DNA from: Octopus sinensis
Taxonomy: Eukaryota
Assembly (NCBI RefSeq): GCF_006345805.1
Contig: NC_042998.1
Location: 14,880,001-14,944,000 of the forward strand
Direction: 5' to 3'
Length of the DNA stretch: 64,000 bases
Numbering within the stretch: the stretch's first letter is position 1; each line of letters opens with the position of its first letter. The notes beneath the pieces are model-generated. The model had not been told where the DNA came from. It searched no databases and worked only from the letters and a program-made list of their open reading frames with translations. The translations under genes and the position numbers were made by a program. Positions 27,123 through 39,792 of the stretch are shown here, piece by piece.

Positions 27123-27153
<31 letters not shown>

Positions 27154-27220
27154 TGTATATATTATAATATATGTATATATATATATATATGTATATTATA
27201 ATATATATATATATATATGT

Positions 27221-27501
27221 ATTAATGCCACAACTATGAGAGAGAATCCACTATGTGGACGCTCTTACGTAGATATAGATCCGCAAATGATTTAGTGTGC
27301 TAAATTTTTTCTTGAGAACAATTCTTAGTGGTCGAGTCCTTTGCGGATCTATATCTAGCGTAAGAGCGTCCACATAGTGGATTCTCTCTCATATTTGTGT
27401 ATTAATAATATTTACTGAATCTCAGTCTTTTATGCGGTAGGCCACTGGTGTTTAAATTGATGTATTAAATTAATATCCAATTTTTTCACCCTCATTTTGA
27501 C

Positions 27502-27508
<7 letters not shown>
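27221..27508. repeat. Fold-back module in a (TA)n tract; inverted arms ~27221-27288 / 27339-27405
   Basis: direct reverse-complement match of ~65 bp. Confidence 0.85.
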
Positions 27509-27551
<43 letters not shown>

Positions 27552-27659
27552 ATAGTTTTTTCACAATACGCACGCTACTCAAATAAAGGTCGACAGTTGT
27601 GCCCATGACTTAGTGTTTGCTTCTTTCATGAGTATGAGTAAGTATCTCATTTATTTCTT

Positions 27660-27720
27660 TTACCACATGTAGAAGAGAGGGCTCTTAGTAGCTGACTCTG
27701 AAATCGGTCCGATATGGTAA
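27660..27720 (+). ncRNA. Hammerhead-like fold with variant core inside fold-back module 27551-27970
   Basis: TTACCA CATGTAGA AGAG..CTCT GAAA TCGGTCCGA TA TGGTAA; three stems intact, core deviates from CUGANGA. Confidence 0.5.
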
Positions 27721-27968
27721 TAATGGAATTTTTTAGAAATTTCTGTCGACCTTTATTCGAGTAGCGTGCGTATTGTGAAAAAACTATATGGTTAATGGAC
27801 AATATGTCCAATTTTTCGGCATATTTGGCATTAGAAATTTTTTTTCCCTTGCCCTCATTTATGAATTATATAAATTTAACCGTTAAAGGTATTTTTTAAT
27901 ATGCTGGCCATTGATAAAATTGTTTTCGAGAAAATATTTTTTTTCGAAAAGAATTTTATCCTCACATT

Positions 27969-28001
<33 letters not shown>

Positions 28002-28007
<6 letters not shown>

Positions 28008-29021
28008 AAAAAGGGACAGGCAAACAGGTTGCTTGACCGCATACCGAAAAAATAGAAATAGCAGTCAAGAATGCTTATTTCTATCAAAGTTGGACTCCGG
28101 GCATGACAAACCCTGTAATTCACATATGCAAAACAGCTTTCCATTGAAAAAGATTTATCATAGATTTATCAAATGCTACGTACCTCAAACCTTCTGACCA
28201 TGCGACATCAAAATATTTGAAGAAAAGCTAAACCTACATAGACGTTTGAATTTTGCCATGCGCATTACAAAAATAGTAATATAATAATAAATAATTTCTA
28301 TAAAGGCTTTTACCGAATTCTACCAGTAAATAATTGGGGTTTTTTTAAAAGCCTTTATAGAAATTATTTACTCTTATTATTATATTACTATTTGGATTTT
28401 TCACTCCCTTATGACAACCTAATTGTTCCCCATCTTATGGAACTATTTTTGTAATGCGCATGGCAAAACTTTGGAGGGAAGATTTACGAATTCAAACGTC
28501 TATGTTGGTTTAGCTTTTGCTCACTTTCTTCAAATATTTTGATGTCGCATGGTCAGAAGGTTTGAGGTACGTAGCATTTGATAAATCTATGATAAATCTT
28601 TTTCAATGGAAAGCTGTGCTGAAGAAGGATGTGAAATATATATACAATGTATATGAAATATATATCAAAAATATATATGGAATATATATTCAATATGTTT
28701 ATAATCCAGAAACATGATGTTCACAGATAACCGCCAGACTTCGTATTCGTTATCTATTCCTTCTGTTTTGCATATGTGAATTACAGGGTTTGTCATGCCC
28801 GGAGTCCAACTTTGATAGAAATAAGCATTCTTGACTGCTATTTCTATTTTTTCGGTATGCGGTCAAGCAACCTGTTTGCCTGTCCCTTTTTCTTATATAC
28901 AATATATATACTGAACTTTACAGAAGTTCCTGCCGGTAATCGGCTATATTTACATATCGAATTCTACCAGTAAATAATTGGGGTTTTTTTTAATAGCCTT
29001 ATAGAAATTATTTACTCTTAT

Positions 29022-29028
<7 letters not shown>
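28002..29028. mobile_element. Non-autonomous Penelope/retrozyme-like element: ~644-bp + strand unit with ~70-bp terminal direct repeat, preceded by an inverted, internally deleted copy
   Basis: 28002-28312 is the reverse complement of 28346-28898 minus several segments; 28314-28384 recurs at 28958-29028; (TA)n on both sides. Confidence 0.75.
28614..28726 (+). ncRNA. Type I hammerhead ribozyme
   Basis: CTGTG CTGAAGA A-GGAT..ATCC-A GAAA CATGATG TT CACAG; 5-bp stem I, canonical core, GUU site. Confidence 0.7.
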
Positions 29029-29105
<77 letters not shown>

Positions 29106-29373
29106 TGATAGAAATGGCAAGACAACAAAGGAATAAAAGAGACCTCGATATTGTTTAAATAGAGGAATTTATCTGTAAATATAATATGCGGCAATTATTC
29201 GGTAGCCATGATAAAACTCAGACTTTCGGATGTCGGAGCAGAAACCCACGCTGGCATCTCTTTAGTTATAAGGCCATCGAAAAAGATGCATTTTATATAT
29301 ATATGTACATATATATACATATTATACTACGTATTATATATTTATATTTTATATATATATGTATATCTATGTC

Positions 29374-29446
<73 letters not shown>

Positions 29447-29554
29447 AAGTTATTAATATATTATAAATAATATATATATATAAATGAATATATATATGTG
29501 TGTATAAATATATATTCGTTAGTTCAACATCATATATATTATATATATTTATAT

Positions 29555-29597
<43 letters not shown>

Positions 29598-29624
29598 ACA
29601 CCCTACATACATACATTTATATAT

Positions 29625-29675
<51 letters not shown>

Positions 29676-30112
29676 TGTATTTATAAAGAGAGAGAGAGAG
29701 GGTTTGGGGACAAATAGTGCTTTCTGTGAGATTTAGCTGTTATTCTTGCTCGCCGAAGGACCATGCAGAAACTCCTTAATTGAATCAAATACACTTGAAT
29801 TGAGGCTCTGAGTAAAATGAACTTTCTACTGCAATGAAGAAGGAGAAGAAGAAGGAGGAGGAGGAGGAGAAGAAGAAGAAGAAATGTCGAACAAGAGGTG
29901 CGAATTGACTGAATAAATTGTTGTTAGTGGAAAGCTAACCTAGAAGTTATGCATTTAAATTAATCTTAAAAAGAAGACTTCAGAATAAGAAACATTTTAC
30001 AATACATAACGCATACACAGATCATTACACACACACACACATATATTGTATGTATGTATGTAGATTGATATAGATATACATATATATATATATTTATATA
30101 TATATATATATT

Positions 30113-30299
30113 CTTTTATTCTTTTTACTTGTTTCATTCATTGAAATGTAAGGGTTTAGTCGAACAAACCGACCCCTGTACATTTTTTTTGAAGCGTGGC
30201 ACTCGTTCTATCGTTTCCTTTTGCCGAACTGCTAAGTTACAGAGACGAGAACAAGCCGACACCAGTTGTCAGGCGATAGTAGGGGACAAGCACAAAGAC

Positions 30300-30342
<43 letters not shown>

Positions 30343-30500
30343 CACACACACACACACAACAAACACACACACACTCAAGCGACGTGCTTTTTTCAGGTTC
30401 CGTCAACCCAATCTGCTCAAAAGTCTTTGGTTGGTCCGAGGCTATCGTAGACTGAACCCGGATCCACTTGGTTGAGAAGCAAACATCTGACCACGCCATC
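30113..30500 (-). mobile_element. SINE family B with internal (CA)n, degenerate
   Basis: homology to 39330-39792. Confidence 0.7.
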
Positions 30501-30619
30501 GTTCTTGCACCTAAACATGATATATTACATATTCTTTTACACCGTTGTGTGTTCTAACCCAAAGACTGTGGCCGTGCTGGGCGCCGCCATTTTCATCACC
30601 TTTTCATTGACCATTCTCA

Positions 30620-31705
30620 GGTATTTGGCTTTTGATGAATGTGAGAACTTGATATTGCTGCCCTCATTTGTGATTTTTGCAGTGATATAAGTTCATCTGG
30701 TATCTTGGTGAGCAGGTGGTCAAGGTGCCCCTTAAAACCTCTTCCCTAACTCCATGTAGCAACCTCAGGCTTTTTGGCAAGATATTAATCGACTGTGGGT
30801 CCGTGAAACCCAAGCCATTGCAGTACTTGGTACTCTCTACGAAAGGATTGGGGTCCTTGGCACTGTGCAGTGGATTCTTATAATTATCGATGCCAGAGCT
30901 TGGTACCAATCCATTCAGGATCTTCCTTATGTATATCCCTGAATAGAGTCGTAATTCTTGCAACTTCTCCCAGTAGCTCAACTGTCTCACTGAATCAATC
31001 TTCTTAGTGTAGCACCATTGGGTTCCTTCGAGTCCTGCCATTAATTTAACACTCTGGTGTGACCATACTTGAGAAAAGTAGTCTAGACGGCCGAGGGAAA
31101 ACGTCTTTCATGGACCTGTATATTTTTTCTGGTCCCTTGTTCTGAAAGTTCTCAGAACCCATCTGGCCATTTGCTTGCACATTGCCAAGATCTTGCCACC
31201 ACGAAACGAAGCATCGTTGCCCATATCAGTTCCCAAGTCATGCACTGAGTTTGACTGAAGGATTCTCATTCCTTCTGGTCCGAAATGTCTTTTTTACAAT
31301 GTGTTAACACAATTTGGCTGATAGCGAAGATCTTAGACTTTTCTGCATGAAACTGCATGTTATTTTCGTCAGCATATTTATAAAGGGCATATCAATCAAC
31401 TTCAAGGGTTCTTGATTGCTTCTGCTACTTTTGCATTATCCGCATAGCTAGCAAGAGTGGCTACCTGTACAACTGATAGCATGTCTGAGGGAGCCACCAC
31501 AAACAGTAGTGGCCCCGATACAGTTCCCTCAGGCGCTCCATACACTATGAATATCTCCTTCGACAGGGCCCCAATGGCTACATACATCTTTTAAGAAGTC
31601 ATGTAAACCACTGTCACAGTTTTCCAACGATGTCGAATCTACATGTTTTGAGACATATCATCCGGTGATTAGCCTTATCGAAGGCCTTTGCAAAATCTAG
31701 ATATC
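30620..31705 (-). mobile_element. Degenerate LINE reverse transcriptase fragment (CR1/Jockey group)
   Basis: minus-strand YLDFAKAFDK, GAPEGTVSGPLLF, YADN (from YADD), LSYWEKLQELRLYS; stops and frameshifts. Confidence 0.85.
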
Positions 31706-32078
31706 TTTTATTCTTTTATCTTTTACTTGTTTCAGTCATAGGCTGCGGCCATGCTAGGGCACCACTCTAGCCGGGTGTATCGACCTCAGTACTTATTTTT
31801 TCTAAAACCTGGAACTTAATTTATCGGACTCTTTTGACGAACCGATAAGTTACGAGATCGTAAACACACTACCACCAGTTGTCAAGCAGTGGTAAGGCGA
31901 CACCCCCGACACACCCACGACAGGCTTCTTTCAGCAGCTTCCGCCACCCAAATCCACTCAGAAGGCTTTGGTCGGCTCGAAGCTATAGTAGAAGACACTT
32001 GGTAAAGGTGTCACGCACAGTGAGACTGAACTCCGAACAATGTAGTTGTTAAGCAAGCTTCTTACCACACGAACATAC
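31706..32078 (-). mobile_element. SINE family B
   Basis: homology to 39330-39792. Confidence 0.75.
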
Positions 32079-32279
32079 CTAAGAAAATTCATAAGTTGCT
32101 TCAACACCCAGTCAAAATGCTGCAGAAGGTATATATATATATATACATATATGAAGAGCGTAGGCTCGAAACGTAAAAGACTGTTTCTATTTCTAGCGCC
32201 ATACTAATACATTTGTTTGTTTGTACTCCATAATATATATACATATATATAATATCTACATATATATAATACATATATA

Positions 32280-32314
<35 letters not shown>

Positions 32315-32349
32315 TATATATACATATATATAATACATATATAATATAT

Positions 32350-32385
<36 letters not shown>

Positions 32386-32553
32386 AGTAGTTGAATTAAT
32401 TATCTTAGTATGGATAATTCGGTTAACCGATACCTGGGTAGCAAATTCACGTCAGAAAAACACGGTTGAAGCTACATGCCAAGGGCAGAGATCACGTGCT
32501 TTCGTGTGGAAATTTGTGTGTTCTTTTATTTGCGCGCGCGCACGTGTGTGTTA

Positions 32554-32592
<39 letters not shown>

Positions 32593-32929
32593 CGTGTGTT
32601 AATGTTTGTGCGCATTCGAGCATATGTGTAATACCAGTCTCGGCGTATAGTCGATCGTATTCTCGTAATAACCTAAAATTGTGGCTATCAAGGAAATAAA
32701 TTACGAGAGCTGAAAATGCCGAAGATTAGCAGAATCGTTATTACGTCGGACAACATGACTTCCCTGTCACTACAATCTCATCTCAAATCCTGCCGAGCTG
32801 AATTTTCCTTTTAGTTTTCACCCTTTAGGACCGATGAAGTAAAGTACTGTGCGAGATTTAATCGACTAAGCCCTTCCTTACAATTTATGGCGTTGCGCTT
32901 ATGTTAGAAACATTATTATTATTAATCGT

Positions 32930-33130
32930 TCGCACACCGGCGCGAAATGCTTAGCATTATGACAGTCTTTACGTTCTGAGTTCAAATTCCGTCGAGGTCG
33001 ACTTTGCCTTTCATCATTTCGGAGGTCGAAAAAAAAAAAAGCACCAGGTGAACGCCGATAGGCATTTGAACTCAGAACGTAAAGACGGACGAAATGCCGC
33101 TAAGCAATTTGTCCGGCGTGCTAACAATTC
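32930..33130. mobile_element. Two truncated family A SINE heads in inverted orientation
   Basis: ctttacgttctgagttcaaat (32967) and atttgaactcagaacgtaaag (33064). Confidence 0.7.
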
Positions 33131-33189
33131 TATCACCGCTTTAATCTTCTTTTTACGCATACACACACACACACATAGATACATATTTC

Positions 33190-33241
<52 letters not shown>

Positions 33242-33366
33242 GCTATATATGTATATATATATATATATATTATATATATATATATATATATGTATAACAA
33301 AAGAGGAGGTAGAAAAGCATAAATTTCATATACAATTCAAAATATTATTGTACTTTACAATTAATA

Positions 33367-33548
33367 CAGTTCTATATTTAAGAGATGAGGAATTATGTAC
33401 ATTATTTACATTATTTACATTTGACGGATATTTGTCCTAATCTTGTTTGTTATAAACACAACATTTCGGCTGATATACCCTCCTGCCTTCATCAGGTGTC
33501 TTGGGGGAAATTTCGAACCTGGTTTCTCATTCGAAAAGTATTTTTTGA

Positions 33549-33588
<40 letters not shown>

Positions 33589-33774
33589 GTTATTATTATA
33601 AGTATTCAGGTCACTGCCGGAAATCGAACTCGGAATTTTGGGGTTAGTAGCCCGCGCTCTTAACCACTTACGCCATATGCCCGTGGGGAGGGTATATCAG
33701 CCGAAACGTTGTGTTAACAACAATCAAGACGGGGGACAAATATCCGTCAAATGTAAATAATGCAAATAATGTAC
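33367..33774 (-). mobile_element. tRNA-headed, hammerhead-containing SINE-like element with a short inverted arm
   Basis: tRNA-like head 33609-33682 (-), (TAA)n linker, HHR 33456-33499 (-); 33687-33774 is an inverted copy of ~33397-33483. Confidence 0.7.
33456..33499 (-). ncRNA. Minimal type I hammerhead ribozyme (Penelope type)
   Basis: ACAC CTGATGA A GGC..GCC GAAA TG TT GTGT; the inverted arm keeps the palindromic GAAACGTT version. Confidence 0.75.
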
Positions 33775-34461
33775 TCTACAGCTGTTTCAACAAAGTATAA
33801 ACATCACATGACACCCTAATTACCAGGCTTAATTAACTAACGTAGAATTAATGATTCCGTATATGCATGCAGTTTCCTTCCATTCGGATTTACTGCATTC
33901 TAATAATTTATGGAATTTAACGATGTTTTATTTAGTGAGCTTTTCACTACCGAGAGTAGATTTTTTCCGTTATTTATGCCTCAGTTCACTATATAGATAT
34001 ATTGATTCGCTTCTTCAGTACACACCCTCTTCGATATATGTTTGGATTCATAATCCCCCGACTTCTTTCCTTCCCTTCAATTAACTTACACACTTTTCTT
34101 TTCAGCATCACGCATTTCATCTGCCTAAATAACAAAATATAATTTATACAATCTTTGCATTGTACCATTTACATCCATGTATTTGTTTCAAAAATTTTTT
34201 TTCTCAGTTTCTCATCATGTTCTCTTCTTCTTGTTTTTGTTTTTGTTTTTGTTTTTCTTTTCTTTTCTTTTTTTTTTTTGGTGGTGCCTTTCTCTCTCTC
34301 TCTCTCTCTGGGACAGACCATATTTAATAATACGTTTCTGCTCCTGTCACGTATTCTTTGAAATTGTGTTTGGTCTTTTGGCTGTAATTTATGCGTGTGG
34401 TAGTCAAAATATCAAGTTTCTGTTCGTTGTTCGGCATTATCATCATCTCTCTCTCTCTCTC

Positions 34462-34493
<32 letters not shown>

Positions 34494-37400
34494 TACCATA
34501 CTGAATTACTATCTAATCGATTCATCTTACATCAAGGCTAAAAAAAAAAGACAAAGCAAAACAAAAACAAACCCTTTAATATATTCATTTCTAGTCAGTA
34601 TTTCACATCCAGACAGCAAATGATAGATAGATATTTCTGTTTTCCTTGCGTAGATTCCACGAGTGTGAGGTCATTTCTTTGTATCTCAGTTTCATTCATG
34701 TTTTTGTCCTTTACGTTTGTCCCTGTTTATTATTATTATTATTATTACTGACGGAGTAAGTTTCCCTGGCATCGAAGGAATACAGTAAACTTCTCAGATA
34801 ACAGCGATCCCAGGGATTTGAGATGCCGTTATTATAAAATTTCCTTTGTGTAGGAAATTTTTATTATGTAAAAAAAGAAAGCAAGAAAGTACAATACATA
34901 AGACATATAAACTGTGTATGTTAAATGCAAACTGCATAGTAAGTAATTTGGAAAAAATAATAAAGAAAATATTTTAAAAAATGAACGCTACAGCCATTTC
35001 TGGGTTTATCGATTAAGTTTTTTGCCAACAACGTCCAATTTCTTATTCCATAAAGCAACTTAAATCTGTCAACAAACCAGCAAAGAAACAAGTGAGGTTT
35101 CCGAATCTATTTCTCTTTACAATCTTTAGCTTTGGCTAAAATCATATCCCTCCAATATAGCTATACCCTCTGATCCATGGCTGTTTGATCTCAGCTGTTA
35201 AATACTTCATTCACTCAGTTGGATTGTATCTTTTATACTGCTTAAGCTTTTTCCTAAGTATTTCTTCTCATCCCGTTTACAGTTTCTTTCTTAGATTCCG
35301 TCACTTTTTCTTCTCACGTACAACTCATTCTTTCTCACTTCATTGTGATTCATCCATCATTAAATTCCCTTTCTTCTCTGATTCTGGGAACTGTATGCTT
35401 CACTTCTATTTTAACAGAACACTGTTATTTTATAGTCTTTCTCTTCTACGCCGGACTCATTCCAAGTATTTTCATTGCCATATAACATGCACTCCAGCTT
35501 TTGTTTCCTTATGCGCCTCTTTCATATTATTAACACTTCCGCTTTCAATTTTTCTTGCCACAAATTACAAACTTTTTCTCACTCCCTTATCTAACCTACA
35601 GGAAATTGTCTCTCAGGATTCTCTTAATAATTCCATCCAATAACTCTGCTTCTGCTTTGCTAAATTGAACCACATTAATCACATAACAATTCACTACAAT
35701 TACAATGAAGGCTATGTTTTTTTTTTCTACGATAATGTTTCACTTTCGCCATAATTTCCATTTGGATTTCGATTTCCTCAAAACTGTTGTGACACGTTTA
35801 ACTTTGTATGCTTTTCACTTTGCTTAATGCTAAGAAAAGTTCAGAGTTCACTTTTCCTGGATCAAGTGGATTTATTTATTTTTTTTCTTACTATACTCTA
35901 ATACTGCTGCTTGTATGAACGTTCTCTATATGTAGTTAACACCTGCATGTCTTTTGAGACATGTTCTTGAACTACTTTTAGCCGGTGTAATATTAATTAT
36001 TTCCATCAGAGAGTGGTGTCATTATCATACTTACAGATCGTTAATAAACAAACATTAAATACTTTTCTTTCTTGTATTGACTTATTTCTTGAAAAACGCG
36101 TACTAATCGGGAGAAAACCCCTCCTTGGATCCATCAGAGAACCCAACATATCTTGCACTTCTATTAATCACACGTACCCTCTTTTTGCTATATTCCCCGG
36201 GCTCATTTACTTGAGCCATGCTTGACACTTTTACTCAGCAGCTTTTTCAACGCCTTTACCTTCCTCACTAAGTAAGGCTTAAAAAAGTCGATAAGGACTT
36301 GACTTTTGAGGAAACTACTTGCCCTCGGGCCTTTCAATCGTGTCCATCGTACTACCTCTTTGCCACAGACATCTGGCAAAGAAACGGCCAAAGTAGAGCG
36401 GCAGGATGATTGATATCATGATGAATCCAGTCCAACCAGCAACAACATCTGATCAACGTCTTCTCAAGTTAGCAATAATTGGATACTGAACAATAACACG
36501 AGGAACAGCTTCGTCGCTCTGCTTGCATCACGAAATGAGCGGCTGTAGGTAATTCCCTGGTTATACTGTTTATCTGGAACAAGTAATGTTTCTTTCGGTA
36601 AGCTGCCAGACTAGAGATTTCTAGAAATTATCCATAGACCCCGATTAGACCAGCTAACTGATACGTTTCAGCGATTAGAGTTTTCTCAAGAACTTCATTT
36701 CATTTCTCTCCCACAAGTCCTCTTTAGAAAGCTAACGTTGCAGTTCCGTCAGCCACATTGCCCGATTGGTACAAAGAATTTCCTTTCTCTTTGTGTGCTT
36801 ATATTGTTGTTTATCATGCTTGCTTCCTCACACGAAATTCAGTAAAACGCAGAAAAAAATCCAATTTCAGTCTTCAGTGAATTCGGCAGATAAACCGTAT
36901 CGTAGTATTCGTTCCAACTTTCTATTTGCCAGCCTGGTAGATAGATAAATAGACATACATATAGACAGGAAAGCAGACAGAGTTTAGATCTCACCGTGGT
37001 CAATTTTGCTCTTCATGCACTGGTTCCATAAATAAAGTACCAGTCAACTACTGCAATTTATTAGCTGGTCTGGTTCAGAGAACATTGAGTACCAGATAAC
37101 TTCTAGAAATAACTAGTCTACAAGGCTATCGAAAGAGGCATACACTGCATAGTAAAGAAAAACCTTGCAAAGAAAAATGTAATATTAAATTTGCTTCTTT
37201 AGAAATCAAATTTATCAGTTTCCCAACACATATTAAAAAGTAAAAATTTCTTTATTCGATTTTACCAGCTGAAAGCCGATAAATTTTAAATTTTATATTA
37301 CACTTTTGTACAGCTGCTTCTTAGAAGCTGTACACTGCGAATAAGAGATATGAATTAACTCTCCCTCCTTTCCAAAATGACGGTGTTATTTACTTCGATT

Positions 37401-37739
37401 TTGTACTTGGTTTGCAAGATTCTTGATGTGAATTCGTGTGTTGAAATAAATCTTGTTTTTTAGGAGGCGGTCATTCACCAATGCATGTGTTTATTATTAC
37501 TGACGTAATGACTCTTTCAAGACACAACAAGCTGTGTCAATTACCGTTCAACCACAAGTATTTTGTTGAATGTTCCAAAGTCTACATCTGTATGCTGAAT
37601 ATAGATACGAAACCATAGTTTTCGTATCAAGCTTATTTTCTAGTGACCTGTTCGCGTCTTCTTATGCATATTAATCACCGGTCAAAAAGTATTAAAAAAA
37701 CTATAATATATACGTAAAGATTTTAGCATTCTTTCAAAT

Positions 37740-38779
37740 ATTGGCACTAGGCCAGTGGTTTTTAGGAAGGTTTTCTTGCTGATTTTACATCGACCTCAGT
37801 GTTCAACACGTACTTATTTTATCGATTTCGAAAGGACAAAGGACAAAGTCCACCAAAGCAGCATTTATACTCAGAGCGTAAAGAAGCCATAAAAAATGCC
37901 ACGAGGCATTTTCTCCGGTGCCGTAACACTTCCGCCAGCTCGAAGCCTTTGTGAAGATTTTAATATTGGTTGGCCAGATATTTCGAGGGAGGCAATAGGC
38001 CCCGGTGCCCAACTGGTATTTATTACATCGATTCTGACAGGGATGAGATGTAAAGTCGACCTCGGCAGAATTTAGACTCAGAATGTGAGACGGACAAGAT
38101 AACGGCTAAGCCTTTTGACTGGCGTGCTAACGATCCTGTCAACTTGTGTAAAGATTCTAATGTTGGTTTCAAATTTTAGTAAAAGGCCAGCAATTTCGGA
38201 GGCGGCATTAAGGCGATTACATCGACTCCGGTGCTCAGCTGGTACTTATTTCATCGACCCCGACAGAAACGATAGGTAAAGTCGACCTCGGCAGAATTTA
38301 AACTCAGAAAATGAAAACGGACGATATGTTGCTAACCATTCTGACTGGCATGCTAACCATTTCTATTTCTTATTTTTTTATTGCCCACATAGAGGGTACA
38401 AACAAGGACAGAAAAACGGATTAAGTCGATTACATCGCCCCCAGTGCGTAACTGGTACTTGATTTATCGACTTCGAAAGGATGAAAGGCAAAGTCGACCT
38501 TGGCGGAATTTGAACTCAGAACGTAACGGCAGACGAAATACCTATTTCTATTTCTTTACTACCCACAAGGGGCTAAACACAGAGCGGACAAACAAGGACG
38601 GACAAACGGATTAACTCGATTACATCGACCCCAGTGCGTAACTGGTTGTTATTTAATCGACCCCGAAAGGATGAAAGGCAAACTCGACCTCGGCGGAATT
38701 TGAACTCAGAACGTAGCGACAGACGAAATACCGCTGAGCATTTCGCCCGGCGTGCTAACGCTTCTGCCAGCTCGCCGCC
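37740..38779 (-). mobile_element. Cluster of ~5 family A SINE units of different ages
   Basis: repeated gtcgacctcggc(a/g)gaattt..actcagaa cores. Confidence 0.8.
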
Positions 38780-39329
38780 ATATGTAAAGATATACTGATA
38801 TATTTTTAAAGACATTAATATCCCATTGCTATGGTGAAAACCGTTCTCATAATGCTGTGACGTTCAGAGCTGCTAAGAGCTGGTCCAACTGAGTGTGTAT
38901 CGAGAAGTATAAGGTCGGTTTATGTATAAAATTTTCAGGTAGTATGTGCTGTTGCTTGGTAATTTTAGTAGTCTGTTGTAGTCAGATAAAGACCGTTCCA
39001 CAATATTTTGCTGAACAAGCAGCACGAATGATTGGCTTATAGCGATCCAATGTATGCACCACACATTAGCTCACTCCCTTCATCAAATCGAGGTTGCTTC
39101 AACAGTTGCACGATCTATATATACCACGCGTCAGGTGTCGAAGTGATTGCAGTACAACATGAGATAAAAGGTTTTACTCAAGAACACAACGTACCACTCG
39201 ATCCAAGAATAGAAACCGCGATCATGAGTGCAACACTCTAACCACATGACCATCACGATAATTCTTATACTACATTTCGCGAACAGTCTGAATAATTTTA
39301 ATTATTTCTGCTGTGTATGTGGTGATACA

Positions 39330-39504
39330 GGCGCAGGAGTGGCTGTGTGGTAAGTAGCTTGTTTACCAACCACATGGTTCCGGGTTCAGTCCCACTGTGT
39401 GGCACCTTGGGCAAGTGTCTTTTACTATAGCCTCTGGCCGACCAAAACCTTGTGAGTGGATTTTGTAGACGGAAACTGAAAGAAGTCCGACGTATATATA
39501 TATA

Positions 39505-39557
<53 letters not shown>

Positions 39558-39792
39558 ATATATATATGTATGTGCGTGTTTGTGTGTCTGTTTTTTTGTC
39601 CCCCTATCATTGCTTGACAGCCGATGCTGGTGTGTTTATGTCACCGTTACTTAGCGGTTCGGCAAAAGAGACCCGATAGAATAAGTACTGGACATACAAA
39701 AGAATAAGTCCTGGGGTCGATTTGCTCGACTAAAGGCGGTGCTCCAGCATGGTAGCAGTCAAATGACTGAAACAAGTAAAAGAGTAAAGAGT
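39330..39792 (+). mobile_element. SINE family B, full length, with internal (TA)n; an inverted 3' fragment follows at 39888-39980
   Basis: ggcgcaggagtggctgtgtggtaag (A box)...gggttcagtccc (B box)...gactgaaacaagtaaaagag tail. Confidence 0.88.

Noticed and set aside
33609-33682. tRNA gene
   Set aside because: A/B boxes are present but the acceptor stem does not pair and there is no terminator; treated as a SINE head. The same applies to the heads of families B and C
34980-36750. Pyrimidine-biased region with a 152-aa ORF, possibly an old LINE on the minus strand
   Set aside because: No motif could be recognised with confidence
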